In this document: piece after piece, positions 39,201 through 52,710 of the stretch
Layout of the letters: each line of letters begins with the position of its first letter
Numbering within the stretch: the first letter of the stretch is position 1
Assembly: GCA_973895155.1 (NCBI GenBank)
Contig: OZ316893.1
Coordinates: 23,768,015 to 23,832,014 of the forward strand
Length of the DNA: 64,000 nucleotides
Source: Marsupella aquatica
Taxonomy: Eukaryota > Plantae > Marchantiophyta
Direction of reading: 5' to 3'
The notes under the pieces: generated by a model
What the model was told of the DNA's origin: nothing
The model's database searches: none
Seen by the model: the letters and a program-made list of their open reading frames with translations, nothing else
Translations under genes and position numbers: made by a program

Positions 39201-42200
39201 TCCGGTTGGGGAAGGCAAAGCAAAAAAATCGGTGCAGTTAGACGCTGAAGTTCTGCTGCTTTCTTAAAGATACTTTCGGTGTTAGAGACTACTTCATGAG
39301 CAACATTGTAAGGCTCATTGTGTGCCAGGTCGTTGTCAGGTCTAGCGGATGTCAATACCGACGAAACTTGAGTGAGGATTAGTTGGCTGATGGAAATTGA
39401 GTGAAGCTTGAATGTTCGTCGATGGCGGTTAATGCTATACCCTTTCGTTTATCTCCCTTTAGGATTAGCTAGTTTACTACAGAAGAAATTAGTGCCACAG
39501 CACAACTAACAAACCCTCGGTTTCGGAATTTGGAAAATTGGGAGAATTTTTTTGATTAGTGGTGGTATTGAAGTTTGTTGGCTCTTGTTATTTGTTAGTG
39601 TCTATGGATCGACATATGTTATTTCCATCAACTGAGATATTTGTCATTGGTTTGCAGCAATAACTGAACTTATTCGTTACACAGTCAGCGGAAACCCTGT
39701 TGAGCTGGCAGCTAATATGTCTTTGCTTCAAGTCCTTGTACCAAGGATTATGGCATTGCGGCCCCGATTTGCAGCTGCAGTTAAGGTGTGGTTCTATTAT
39801 TGATAGCTTGAAATGATCTAGGGATGTAGTTCACCCGAACATATGTCATGCCATTAGAGCTGGTACTGATAATACGAACCTACTATGCTTGAGAGTCTCT
39901 CTATGCTTGAGAGTCTCGTGAAGTTATTCTTACATTTTCTTCTTTACAGGCAGCAACGGCGGAGAAGCAAGCTGAGCAAGCGTTGGAAGGTGAAACAGGT
40001 GGAGATGATGGCCAGGATGAGGAGGTATGTTCCACAACAGAATCATCCCACATAATTGGTCGAACAACAAGAAAATGTGCCAGATACATTCCTAAACTAA
40101 TGTGTTTGTTCCTTTTGTTTCCTTTTTGTTATCCAACCTCTGTTACGGAACTTAATAAATTGGGTCTTGCAGGACGAGGAAGTCGCGAAGGGCATGGCCT
40201 ATCTATTTGCAGACATGGGGGAGGCTTATGTTGACTTGATAGCAAATGGTAAAGTTCTGGTGATATCATTCGCGATACTTTCTTCAGGAATCCTCCACTA
40301 ATATGTCGCTAATATTACCGAGCTTCTTTGATGACAGTGAAAATTCGGCAAAAATTTGTGTTCCAATTCTGTTTCGATATCTTCTTGTCAGAGTCGTTTC
40401 TCGTCGTTAGTCGAATGAAAGCGAAAGTTGAATACATAATCTACTGTTCAGGCAAGCAGCTTCCATTTCTTCAATTTGGCCGTTCCTCACATCAGGCTCT
40501 TGTAATGTCAGGTTCTGCTGAATCATTAATGATTGTAGAGGCCATTGCCGACGTGACTTCACATCCCAATGACAATATTGCGGCGATGACTTTCAACTTC
40601 TGGAACAGACTCAGTAGAGTTTTAACAGGCAGGTGAGACAGTTTCGAAATGATTTAATATCTTGGTTGAGGTTGAGTTTCTGAAAAAATCTCGCTTTTTT
40701 CACGAGTTCCGCCTTTTAGGGTGGCATCTCGATCGATCCTCATGAATGAAGATGTTCAGCTCTTCCAGCTGTAAAGCCTGTAGTTGATGTTGGGTACCCG
40801 GGATCAACATGCAGAGCTGTGCATATTCTTGATCGTTACTAATCTAGCACTGAATTGCTGGCAGTGAGGGGTTAGGTCAGATGTTAAGTGTTCGAGATGG
40901 AGCGGCCCTGGAAATAGAAAAAGAAAAGCGGCTGGCAATATTTCGGCCAAAATTTGAGCTTCTTGTGTCCCTTGTAAGTCAGCCTCTCTGACATGATTAG
41001 TTGCTGTGTCAAAGTTGGAACTGTGCACTTGCTTGAGTTGCTCACCTTATACATGAGGGTTTAATTGGAAGGAGCTCAAATTGTCGAGTGAGTCTGAGTC
41101 CTCGCTGGTAACTGTAGTAGAGTCAATGCTGGTGTTATGGAAAGTGGTTTTCGATACAGGATTTGAACTACAAACTCTTCTCTTTCAGAGCACGTCCGAC
41201 CCATAAGTAAAGAATCTGGGATTGCTCCTTTATCAACTCCTTTGACTCTCGCCTTCCATAGATTCCTCGTTTCTAACTTGAGTTCGCGTCTACTCATTTA
41301 TTTACTTATACTGTATGCAAATTACTTCCAATCAATTGTTGCAGGTGAGTTTTCGAGTGAGATATCCTCCTGGTTTTGAGGAATGGAGAAAGGACGAACT
41401 CGCAGATTTTAAGCAAACTCGTTACGGTAATTTGACATTGTATTACGTCCATCCGCAGTGTCTAACCTCAATTACTGCTCTACAAGTCTGACATATGTCG
41501 AGTGACTAAAATTTCTGACTACTCTTTATACCGTGATGCTGAATGAGGAATGCAATAACTCGCAAGGTCTGTTCGTCTGGTCAGGAACTGACAAGATGAT
41601 TATGTTGAGTGCAGCTGTAGCAGACTTGCTAATGGATGCAGCAGCTGTAATTGGAGGAGATGCTACGTTACGCTTACTTGCACAGCCATTGTTGCAAGTA
41701 CGGTAACCCAACTTTGGAGTCCCCCTTTTGCAAACTGTGACAACTAAGCAAATTTCCAATGAGCGTAGCATCAGACTTCTAATAGTCAAACGATAGATAT
41801 GTAATATCTTTCTGTTCAGGATTGTGAAAGCGAAGAGGTCTTCCTTCTAGCTGGCTCCTAAATTGTAGCTATCTCATCAAATGAATATTGTTTGTGAGTT
41901 ATTAAATACCATGGGATGGCTGCTAGCTGTAAGTATGTAACGTTATCGTGAGAGTTTAATTCTGCGCATTTTATATAATTTTTTGAGAAATACAAGTTCA
42001 AGATTCTTTGGAACCCCCCTTTCCCGGTCTGATGAGCAGGCAAATGTCTTTAAAGAATACTGGAACTCACATGATTGCTGGATCGTTATAGATGGCAGCA
42101 AGCCTTGAAAGTGGAGGGAGTTGGGAATGGAGATCTGTGGAGGCGTCTTTGTACTGCATACGGGCCATTGCCAAGGCTGTATCAGTCACAGAGAATGCTA

Positions 42201-45200
42201 TCTTGCCTCAGGTGAACTTGCAGCATTATATCCATTTCGATGGAAGTTTGGGATACAATTTCTTGTAGTTTATTGGGTTCAAGGAGGGAAGGAGAGCAGG
42301 CTAGTAGCAAGTCGTTGCGGTCATACTCGTTTTCTGTACTGTTGGTGACCTTCGGACTTCAGCCTGGGCTTCATTGTCTATTCAGCACGAGGATTCGTTT
42401 TCTGCTGTCAGGTGGCGGCTCTCTTACCTCGGCTTCCCCAGCAGCCTCAGCTTCTTTACACTTGTAAGCCAATGTTGGATAGGCTTGACTTTGTGGACTG
42501 AGGAGCTGCTCAGAGTTTTACTAATAGCGACCTGTCTAGTTAATTGTCCGTCACGTAATTTGAATCGGTTGACAGTTTTTCCAATATGTCTTATGCCCTC
42601 CAGTCAAAGTTTTTGGACATGCGGGGGACATAGTTTGACATGCGTGAGCTCGTTCACGGTGCTGTTTACTGAAGATTGGTTGGTTGTACGCAGCATCCTT
42701 GACGATTGCAGCGCTGGCTGATTGGTTGGGTGGTACAGTTAGGGCTCCTACCATGCTACCTAATATACTGGGGGTGCTTATCAGTGGTCTCTCTGTACCG
42801 GATGATACCTGTGCTGCAGCAGCATTGGCTCTAAAGCATGTCTGTGATGGTGAGTTTGAAGTTCTGAATTCAAGTTAGAGGGAAGCCTGATTAGTCTATG
42901 ACGTTCTTCTGTTGGATCTGGCAGAGTCCAGCGTTTAGCTCGTTTCCGGGTGGTTTTCCTGATCCTTTCATTACGGGCAGGTTGTACTTAAAAGGGTCGA
43001 GTAATCATAGTCTCACAAAGGAGAAAATCTGTCCGTAACGACCTTCACTAGTCAATCCATCAAGTTGTAATAGGGTCTTAAGTTGAAGTAACACCTTCAC
43101 TTTTTTGGCGACCACAGCATGCAGGGATGAGTTAGGAAAGTCTGTGGAACCCCTCTTAGGAGTCTACCAGGAGGCATTGAGTGGTACGGGGAAGTTTCCA
43201 CTTGCGGCTGAGGATGAGCTGCAGCTGGTGGAGGGTCTAAGGTTTATGATCAACTTAATCACTTTAGCATTGCTAGGCGATTGTTAACCTGGTATGGAGA
43301 ATGTGCCCTCGTGGAATGAGCTCTTACCCGGTCGTTATATCTTCCTACTAACTTTGTTGTTGTTGTCCATTGTTTGTACATGCAGTATTGTCGTAAGTGC
43401 TCTACCACCGGAGAGAGTTCCGCCAGCTCTGGAGGCCCTGTGCATGCCAATCTTATTACCCTTACGAGTAGGTTTCTTCTTCCTTGTTAGATAGTTCTCA
43501 ATTGGCCTTCATTAGCGGCTCACAGAATTTTCGCATAGGAATTCCAATGACAAAAGACTTTATTTTTATGATGATTTCGAGTAACGGAAACGACTTCTTA
43601 ACCCGTCACGGATTCTCTCTTGAATGTGTTGGTTTTATCAGCAATTGGTTGCCGATGCACAGCAATCAGGCTCACCCCAGAGCCTTCCCGCAAATCAATA
43701 CATCATCCATATTGATCGAATTGCAAATATATTCTGGTGAGCCAGCGTGACTTGCCTTGTGCATCATACGTGAATGAACTTTTCACCTTCTTGTTTAATT
43801 GAAGCTCTGCCCCATGCAGTAGGTCAGTATAGCTTGGTATTGTGGCAATTTTCTTAGACTTAATATTTCTGGAGAAAAGCGTGTTTTTCCAGCCACGTAA
43901 TTCGATACTGATTGGAAGTCATCTGTTTGTTGTTTGTTGACTTTTAGCTATGTGACCCAATCTGAGCTTCTCGCTGGCTTATTCCAGCGAATTTGGCCTC
44001 TTCTCCAAGCTGTCTTTAATCAGTAAGTGTCACTGTGCTCAATGCCATCACTTTAGGTCTTCCCTTTGAAGATAAAAATGTTATAAGGCAGATGAAAATG
44101 CATTGAGATCGTTTGGCAACGACGAGTTTTCTACCTGAAGCCGGCTCGGTTGTAGGATATTTTCGTCTCACTTAACTCACCTTGTTCTAATCTTTGCTGT
44201 TACTGACTTGTAGGAGGGCAGATGATGGGAAAACAATGGAAAGGCTGTGTCGGGCATGTAAATATGCTGTAATTATTCTCACTTTTCCCACTTCCCACTT
44301 TTTGTGTCAATTTTGGCTTGTTTAGTCAAGACAATATGTAAGAAGTTTAAGGTGGTTGGGAACAGAAATCATGTTCCTTATGTGATCAGTTCATGGCCAG
44401 CTTGGGTTCTACCTAGTCAATAAGTTATCACTTATGGGTCTCGATGATGTTTCGGTGATCGTCGTCACGATTTGTTCGGGGTTTGCTTGGTAGACTGCAC
44501 ACTACGTATTTGTACATGTGCTGTTTCTGGAATTTCAATGCACAGTATGGTATTGTAGGTAAGAAGCTGTGAAAGATCATTGGCAGGCATGATGGGACTG
44601 CTCCTTCAAGAGTTACAAGAACGGTTTCAGCAGCAACAACATCCTTGCTTGCTGTACTTAGCGAGTGAAGTCATAAAGGTTAGTCTCCTGAAGAGAAAGA
44701 AACGGAAATGGAATTTGCTCATTCCTTTTTGCGGTCATGTTGTCTAGGTTCGCCGTTAAGTATTATATCGTGCTAATGCATCTTGTTGTCTGTACTGCAG
44801 GTGTTTGGAAAGGATTCTGCTTGTGCAAACTACTTAGCAACTCTCATCACTGTCCTGTTTGGCCAAACCATAAGGCTCCTTCAAAATATAAGAGTGGGTT
44901 CCCTCTTTGATCATAATATTACCCCATAAGCATCATTATGTAATGCTTTCCAGGAGAATGGAGTGACCAAATGCAGACAGGCTGAAGTTCTCTTAATATC
45001 TGTGCAGGACTTCACATCACGGCCAGACTTGGCGGATGACTGCTTCTTATTAGCATCAAGATGCATGCGTTACTGTCCTCGGTTGTTGGTTACCTCTCAA
45101 ATTATGGGCCCTCTCTTTCAGTGTGCTCTTGCAGGCATCACCATTCAGCACAGGTATCTATGATTATTTGCTGCATGCGTATTGGAGATTTATTTCAATT

Positions 45201-45864
45201 CGATATCATCGGGAATGTCCTTCTACGCTCCCTAGTACAACAACTCATGGTCCTGCGTCCCTGGTTGTTATATCTAGATTTATCGAGATTTCCCCCCTTC
45301 GCTCCCAGGTCTGCCTTTGGTTGGAAGGCTCACCCTATTCTGCAGTAGTAAAACCGCAAAGCGTCGCACCATATTCTTGACATCTGTGTTCCCTCGTTTT
45401 TCCTGTACAGGGAGGCATGCAAATCTATTTTGAACTTCCTTCGGGAATTACTTGAACTGCCATTATCGGCGTCGGGAAACCAATTTCGTGCGGCTGTAGA
45501 TGCTGTGCTTTTGCCAAATGGCCCCGTGATGACAAGAGTTGTTCTCGGTGCCCTTGTGGGTGCCCTCCCAGAATCTCGCATGGACGACGTCACAGATGTT
45601 TTACTAGCCCTTTGCCGTCTATATGGACAGCGAGCGATTCAATGGGCACAGCATGCCGCATCTTTAATTCCCGGTTCTGTGGTAACGCAGGCAGAAAGAG
45701 ATAACTTTTTGCAAGCTCTTTCCCGTTCTGCTGGTGGGCAGGACTCGCCTGCTTTAACCCGGTCAATAGAGGAGCTATCTGGTGTTTGCCGTCGAAACAG
45801 GAAAGTTATGGATCTTGTGAAGACTGCTCTTCAACCACATATGACATTGTCCCCTCCTGGTTGA
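36268..45864 (+). CDS. MOS14: Transportin-SR / TNPO3 ortholog (importin-beta family, SR-protein import), about 27 coding exons
   Basis: EAVQALYHHPD...WLEEFQYTMDAWQ|VSDSVLHD...YFCAQTLRTK|VQRDFEDLP, FLELVTVLPQE, AAMTFNFW, RVRYP, MERLCRACKYA, HPCLLYLASEVIKVFG, DFTSRPDLADDCFLLASRCMRYCP, IQHREAC, LVGALPESR, ELSGVCRRN. GT-AG introns; first exon 36268-36423, last 45411-45864. Confidence 0.95.
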
Positions 45865-47649
45865 CTCTCAGCGTATACCATATATCAATTTTGCAACAAA
45901 TGGATGCTCCAGCTCTATCCAACCATTTGGAAGGGCTAAATTCGTCCAGGATAAACTACCGAAGCTAGTAGTAACCCTCGGTGGAGCAACGTGTACCGCT
46001 TCTGACTATTGGGCCGAGAAGACCATTGAACAGAGGCATAAGGTCACGCAAATATGAAAAGCTTGAGTACAGGAGGAGGCAATTATCTGTTAGTGCCCTT
46101 TACCATATGCGCTTAGTTTACCACCACAGGTTCACAGATCGGAAACCATGTGTCCCACCTTTTCTTGGTGGGCACAACAGTAAGATTCTGTGAATAGTGG
46201 TTGTCCTTATTTTTCAGATTAGTGAAGTGGCCATTGCATTTCATTCATTGGCATTCTTAAGAATGGTATCTAGTCTGTGAACGCGGTAGTCACAATTATT
46301 CATGGACTGAATAATGGGTCAAATATCATTCAAGCCGTGATTACTTCCTTTTGTGCTAACACTTTTATATACGAAAGTAATCGTGCTTTACAGTCTTGTG
46401 ATCAGATTCGCTTTTGTCCAAATATGTTTGAACTGTTGATTCTTCCGAAGATGTTATGAAAACAGTTCCATTGCAGGGTATTTTATGCCTGGGACGTCTG
46501 TGTATTTTTGTAACCCACAATCCAGTCTTGTAGCATCGATCAGAAGTGTCTTCAATGACCCTCTCCTTGAAGCGGCCTCTCCCCTTCTCTTCTTTACGGT
46601 ATCTGTGGAATCCTCGAATCACAGGGTGCGCTGTCCAAATAAAACTGGATACAGTAGAATGCTAACAATAATCAAAAGACTAAGCTACTGTCATAATGTC
46701 CACCCTGAGAAGACAGCTTACATTGGAAACAGATCCGAATTAGGTTAGAATTAGACGCAGAATGAGATGACATGCACGAGACTTCAAGGGAACAAATATG
46801 ATAAGAAGGTAATTCTAATTGACTGTTGAATATTGCAATCTGGCAACACCGGAGACTTCTCAAATGGTGCCAGCTATGAGTTAACAAGGTTTTGCAGTCC
46901 CTACAGATTTACAGTAGGGGAAGGGATTCAAGTATAATACGAAGTACTGCACGATAATGTCCATGGGGGACTACGTTGAAAACGTTGCAGGAAAGGTTTG
47001 TAAGGGATTTCCTAACATTGCGCCCCCACGCCCTGATTCACGTCTAGATCAATTACGAGCTTTTAGGACAAATGAAGAGAAATTTTGCTCGCTAGGAGGA
47101 TCCCCGTACGATGATTTCTGTAGTGCTTGCATTGCCACCCTCGATAAGGTCATTTGCTGCCTCCCAATACCACTGTCGTATATTTCCAACGACCTTTAAC
47201 CGGAACGGATGTGGAGCCACGGGAATATGTGATTCTTTTGGAATCTCGGATTTCTTCGTTGCTCTTGGAATTCGTTGTTCTTGGAAGCCTTTCTTACAAT
47301 TGTTTCCACTGAACCTCAACATGATCCTGAAACGTGATAGTGTCTGTAAGGAGTTAATGATGCTAGGAGGACAACTTAGGAGAGGTCCAGTGAAGGTCCC
47401 GGCTTCCAAGCTAGAACTGTACCGAGGAGCGGTATCGACTACATCGAGATTAGGTAGAGAAAGTACAGGTGAACTAGGCTAGCTTATCAACTGAGATTTA
47501 GTTTGACTCATATGTGTAGACCAGTAGATCGTGAGTTTATGCAAGAAAATGTCATTCAAAATGTTTTCCTTTTGTCTCCGGATTGCCCATGATCCAGCTT
47601 AGGTCAGCCAATGAATATATGCCAGCCATGCGCATTCGAAGTTACTTCA

Positions 47650-50600
47650 TCAGTCCTTGCAGTCTGTAATACCACCGAGTGAGATCTGAAAGACGTGTGA
47701 AAGTCAAGGAGGTAGATTCGCAATTCTCCCAGTTGGAATATCAGATTGATTAGCTTCCTTTCACGTATTCAAAACGATTTCAATGTCGATGGTGAAAGAC
47801 GCGATTCACAACTCGAGAAAACGGACAGCGGAGGCGTACATAATAGAACAAGGGATGACATAATAGAGTCGGGTAATAGGATATAGCTTCAGATTCGGGC
47901 AAATTAGGTGCGTCGTACACCTTGCATATTCTTTGCTCGCCCTTGCCTTTTCTTAGCATGAGTCTGACGGTTGAGGCGTGGGCAAGAACATGACCACCAG
48001 CTGGCTTTTTAGGATCGACGACGAACGTCCCTCCTCCAGGATCTGCTATCACTGTAAAATCCGAGGTGCTTTTGGTCATTGTTTCTAGTGTAGTTCGACC
48101 GGACTGGTCAAGTATCCCGGTTAAGTATCCGTCTGAACATTGGATTCCACACAAATCAACTAACGGAGTTGTATGTAGGCTTACCTTGATTTGTCATAAA
48201 CACAGCAATGTTGAATTCTTCCGCGATTTTGGTCATTCTGGACAGCATCTGAGATAGTTTTTGCTGCGCAGATTGAAGTGAGAAAATCAGCTCTTCCGGT
48301 AGAGATGCATTTGTGTAAAATTAAGCTCGCAGATTGAAGTGAGAAAATCAGCTCTTCCGGTTGAGATGCATTTGAATGTGTAAAATTAAGCTCGCTGTGC
48401 GTTTTGGGGGTCTTGACATTTGCTACGACACTTTCTCTATCAATGGACACTTTCGCTAAGAAAAGTTTCCCGGTAGGTGCATCTTAGAGAAATGAACGAA
48501 CGCTGAATTTCGACTTCTGATATCAACTTACTAATCGAAAATGGATTCACACTGACGATTACCTGCCGTTCTGCCAGCTCTCCACGACCAGAGAAGTCCA
48601 CTCTGAACAGAGCCATGACCGAGTCCACTATCTGTAATTTTTCCAAATTGCGAACATGCACCAAGCATTAAGTTTCATAAGTCCAAAGTCTGGGTGGCAG
48701 TTCAACTGTCCTGCGCTATCATCAAATTGAAATGTCAATAGGGCATATTGGATGTATTACCAAAATTTTGAATGGCTCTTCGGACATTTTCGCAGCGAGG
48801 CCAACAAGCAGATTATATTGGTGTTCATGCGTATACGCACGAGCGTATACAATCTGCGGCACACGGGACATGCTCATCATCCTTAGGGCACAAACGTTGC
48901 TTAGAAACCACAATCAAACACATTGGATAGATAATCTCGATAAAGATATCGTGAGAAAAGGAGTTGCTATTACAAGTAAACAGGATCAGATCTATCGATG
49001 CAACTAATTGGTTTAGTCGTGCGTACATTGTCAAGTACGGCGTTGGGATCTAGGCCGAAGCGTTCTGAGATTGAGACAATTCGGTCAGGCCGACTGTTCT
49101 CAGGTCAAGGTTCCGGCCGTACTGCAGTGGACCCTAAATTACTAAAACTATTCAGAAATTCGCTTAAATTGCTTAGTAGACTTAATGATCGAGTGAAGAG
49201 GAAGATGTAGCGTGATACACAAAACCGGTAAAGTCTTGGAAACGCAAGATTTCAGAATGATAACTCGGACTCTTAGTCTGCATTTAGCAGGGAGGATACA
49301 AGGTTCCCTCCGTGTCGATGTATGCTACTTTACCATTGCCTCCGTGCATTTTAAGAGGAAGCTGCATTGGCCATTGCATGAAGACGTACAGTTATTCAGT
49401 CAAGTTTTGTTCCTAGAACTTCACCCCACAATCGGGCAATTCGTCGGAATGACTATACGCATTCATTACGGTGATGAGTGATATTATATTCAAACCCGTT
49501 ACCATGCTGAATATCGCGTTGACAGTGACTACAAAATAAGATATGATGCAAACAGTAAGGCTTACAAGGTTCCAGCAGTCATTCCTTTGCGCACGTACGA
49601 TTTGCGCACCTCAAAACCAAAAATCATTGCCATCGAATCTGAAATTCAATATTTGTACAATATGTATCTATACATGATATATACATCGGCGATTAATTTA
49701 GGCTTGATTTCTTAAACCTGTGTAGAAACTGCAAGTGTATGAGCAATCTGTGTTTTCCCAGTCCTGCATTTCATCAACGACAAGATTGATATCGCGAAGT
49801 TAATAATAATTGACATGGTTGTAAATAGTTAAGACGGGAGTTAAGATAAGGAGACACCGAAGGTAGAAAGCATCTTGTTGTAAGAGATTTGGAGCCAGGC
49901 GCGATGTGACTACTAACCTGAATTCTCCGAAGGCTTCCGTGATGCTCATTGTCTCTACGCCACCTGGTACGAGTCACACAAAAATGAACAGATTGAACGA
50001 TAGAGCCTTGCAAGTGATAAGTTGTTGGAAAGCTTCTCGAGCTTAGTGTGGACATCATACATGTGAAGAGGCGAGGACCGAACTGTTTTGATTAATAAAA
50101 GTTGTAAGATTTACTCAGGATGGCAATAATACAGTTGTCAGCTAGCTAGACAGGCTTTGCGTTATTCTCGTAGCCTTTATTAGACGCGCTTGCAATTGTC
50201 CTCTCAACCATGTAAGCTCGTCGGTCAAGTCTCCATCCAGAAGCGTCACTAGTGCTCGCACTGTGACGCGAGCTCTCTCCTTCAGAAATTTAATTGCGGC
50301 AAACATGTAGTCGCGCTCTCAGCCGGTCTTACCCCCAAGAAGCTCATCAAGTGCTTGACTTCCAGTCGTAATTTGGACTACTGCCTTGCGCTGAAATATT
50401 TACAGGTACAGTGAATTTAATTCTAATGCAACGAGGAAAAGAAGGGGAACAAGGTACGCGAACTTTCATTATATCTAATTATCGAAGAGCTGACAAACAT
50501 GTCAAGGAATGAAACATCATAATCTAATATTCGACATTTCTTCGACAATAAAATTGCATATTGCATAACTTGCAGAGCTGTAAACTGATTAGACAGCATC

Positions 50601-51665
50601 AGGATCTCGTATTCGTAGTGTTCTAAGACAAACGTCGCTCACCTTTTGTAATATGTCATTACCAGTCATATAACCAAGGCTCTGTCATAAGGGAAAAAGG
50701 TAACGAAAATTCAGCACGTTAACAAATCTTCATCATTGCCTTCAGCTTAGCGCTCTTGTAATGAGACGCCGGCAATTGAAATCCATCTTGCATGGAAGCC
50801 CTCGGGAAAAAATGAGTACAGTACGTCGGTAGTGGAGATATCCACAAAGATTACACATAGCGCTGGCCAGTTGGCTACTGTTTCTAGACTTACCACTACA
50901 TGCCCCGCAGCTTCAATGATTTTGTCGACTTTATTGTCCGATAGCCCCTTGATGTTTCCGAGTGTCTGACAAACGGCAAAACAGCATAGAATCAGATATT
51001 CAGCTGCAGCCCGTAAACCGGAGACACATAAAAGCGCAACAGGCTGCCTTTGACATGCGAATTCGTGGTCATGACGCAATTATGAATCTATCAACAGATT
51101 TAGAGTTCTAAAGAACAAACGCATTTCTGAGGAGAGAACAAAACCTTTCGCGTACACATCATCAAGCCATTAATGGTGTATATGCCAGCATCCTGCAATC
51201 TCTTGACGTCTCCGGCATTTATTCCGAGCCCGGTGACTAATATCCAAGCAAGGGAAGGGAGCATTATTAGACGAGACTTGCAGATTTCCAGTAATTTGGG
51301 ACTATCAGCGTCGACTAATACGACGCTGAGATGGATTGAGACATTAATCCTCGTGAGAATTTTTGACAGTCCGACTTCGATCAATTCAGTTCTTACGTTT
51401 ATCGATGGACTCGAACTGGTCTTCCTCCTCAACCTCGTTCTCCTGCTCCACTTCCTCCTCCTCTTCCTTATCCCTGTCATGGATTTAGGTAATGCGAGCA
51501 CCATTCAATATCTGACAAGGTCAGACATGAAGATGTCTGATAACGAAGAAAGTTTTGCTCGCTGCCAAACGTGAACGATTTCAAGGAATCTTACATTTGA
51601 GCATCGCCGGCCAATTTTTGGGAAGTACGTTGCGAAGTAGCGCGCTTAGCACGAGACTGAGTCAT
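47650..51665 (-). CDS. DMC1: Meiotic recombinase DMC1, 15 exons: 51665-51595, 51473-51397, 51236-51145, 50965-50894, 50681-50643, 50390-50333, 49963-49918, 49763-49718, 49361-49300, 49093-49027, 48853-48761, 48631-48563, 48263-48185, 48051-47885, 47694-47650
   Basis: Acidic N-terminus, [52 protein letters not shown] (Walker A), [70 protein letters not shown]-terminal GITDCKD*. FGEFR, ALFRVDF and GGHVLAH are DMC1-type rather than RAD51-type. Exon 1 is the least certain. Confidence 0.96.
47695..47884 (-). other. U12-type AT-AC intron (DMC1 intron 14)
   Basis: 5' site ATATCCTAT after codon GCT; branch point TCCTTGAC; 3' site CACAC before GTC TTT CAG; splicing restores PESEA|VFQI. Confidence 0.93.
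49094..49299 (-). other. U12-type GT-AG intron (DMC1 intron 9)
   Basis: 5' site GTATCCTC, branch point CCTTGAC (49110-49104) about 10 nt from the 3' end, no polypyrimidine tract. Confidence 0.8.
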
Positions 51666-52469
51666 CCTGGATTCCGTCCTGTTCCACAAGTACATGATTT
51701 CGTTACATCAGAGTTAGATGATTTCGTTACATCAGAGTTAGGTGTCACAGAATATGCACATTATCTGCGGTAACGAGTACTCAAAGCAGACAGTTGTTAG
51801 GTGATTTCGCACATCGCCGCTGCGTCCACTCATGGCTCAGCCAAACATGAAAGTGATCGGTGGCGAACAGCAGCCACTACAAAGTGCGTTGAGATAGACT
51901 ACACATTTAATCCTCAAATAATGTCGCAAGATTTGTTTGCGCCTAACGAGAAAATCATACATACATGTTTACACACACCGAAACGAATGAAACCGTTTAC
52001 TGAAGGATTTTTATCACGACTGCTTAGCTCCAAGTCGCATTCACCGATGGAAAAACAAATCAAAGACTCGCGCGGTCGGAAAAATGAGTCCACACCTGCA
52101 TTCGAGATACGTAAGGAACGTGCTACGCAAGCTTTGAGGCATATCTCAAAGTTCGAATCAAGGCAATGGACTGCAGAGAATTGCTACATGCAGTCAGATT
52201 CAAGTTCACTGAATTCTCGAAAATCAAATTCAAGATCAGTCAATGCTCGAAAAGCAAGTGCACAGAGTGTACGTAAAGCTAAGATTTATATGCAGGCTTT
52301 TACAAGAAAATGCAGTGGCGAACGAAAACGAGATAGAGCGTTGGTAGCGCCAAGATTTCTTTGCGGGAACTTGAGAAAATGCTGCGACCTGGTTGCGAAC
52401 GACTTGAACGAACGAGACACATTGTTACTTCACAAAGCTAAGATTGCTGCGCGGAGCTTTAAGGAAATG

Positions 52470-52710
52470 CTTCAATCTCACCTACTGCAGTATTGCAGTG
52501 GCGACAGAATTGCCGAATCAAGCGAGCGCTCCCAAAGACTGAGTGCGAGAAGGAGGGCTCACGACGAGAGGTAATGCTCCTGCACAACAAAACACGAGAG
52601 GTTGAACGCTGATGTACCAAGGCGACTCAATCTCACCTACTGCAGTATGGTAGTGGCGATCGCACAACGAAACAACGAGAGATCTAACGCTGCTGTACCA
52701 AGGCGACTAC
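52470..52710. repeat. Interleaved short direct duplications upstream of DMC1
   Basis: CAATCTCACCTACTGCAGTAT..AGTGGCGA twice; AACGCTGxTGTACCAAGGCGACT twice. A 24-bp tandem (ATGATTTCGTTACATCAGAGTTAG x2) also lies at ~51694-51741. Confidence 0.75.

Noticed and set aside
46365-47482. Several 80-120-aa ORFs between the convergent MOS14 and DMC1 3' ends
   Set aside because: No recognisable motifs or consistent exon structure; likely UTR or intergenic.
47780-47884. Read-through C-terminus ISYYPTLL... for DMC1
   Set aside because: Sequence is the AT-AC intron; the conserved terminal exon lies at 47694-47650.
51100-51504. ORF-track start [18 protein letters not shown] for DMC1
   Set aside because: Reads exon 2 in the wrong frame and runs through an intron; the acidic EEEE frame joins properly to exon 3.
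51801-52574. 257-aa plus-strand ORF upstream of DMC1
   Set aside because: Non-ATG start, no recognisable motif, antisense to the probable DMC1 5' leader/intron and overlapping local duplications; treated as spurious, though not excluded.
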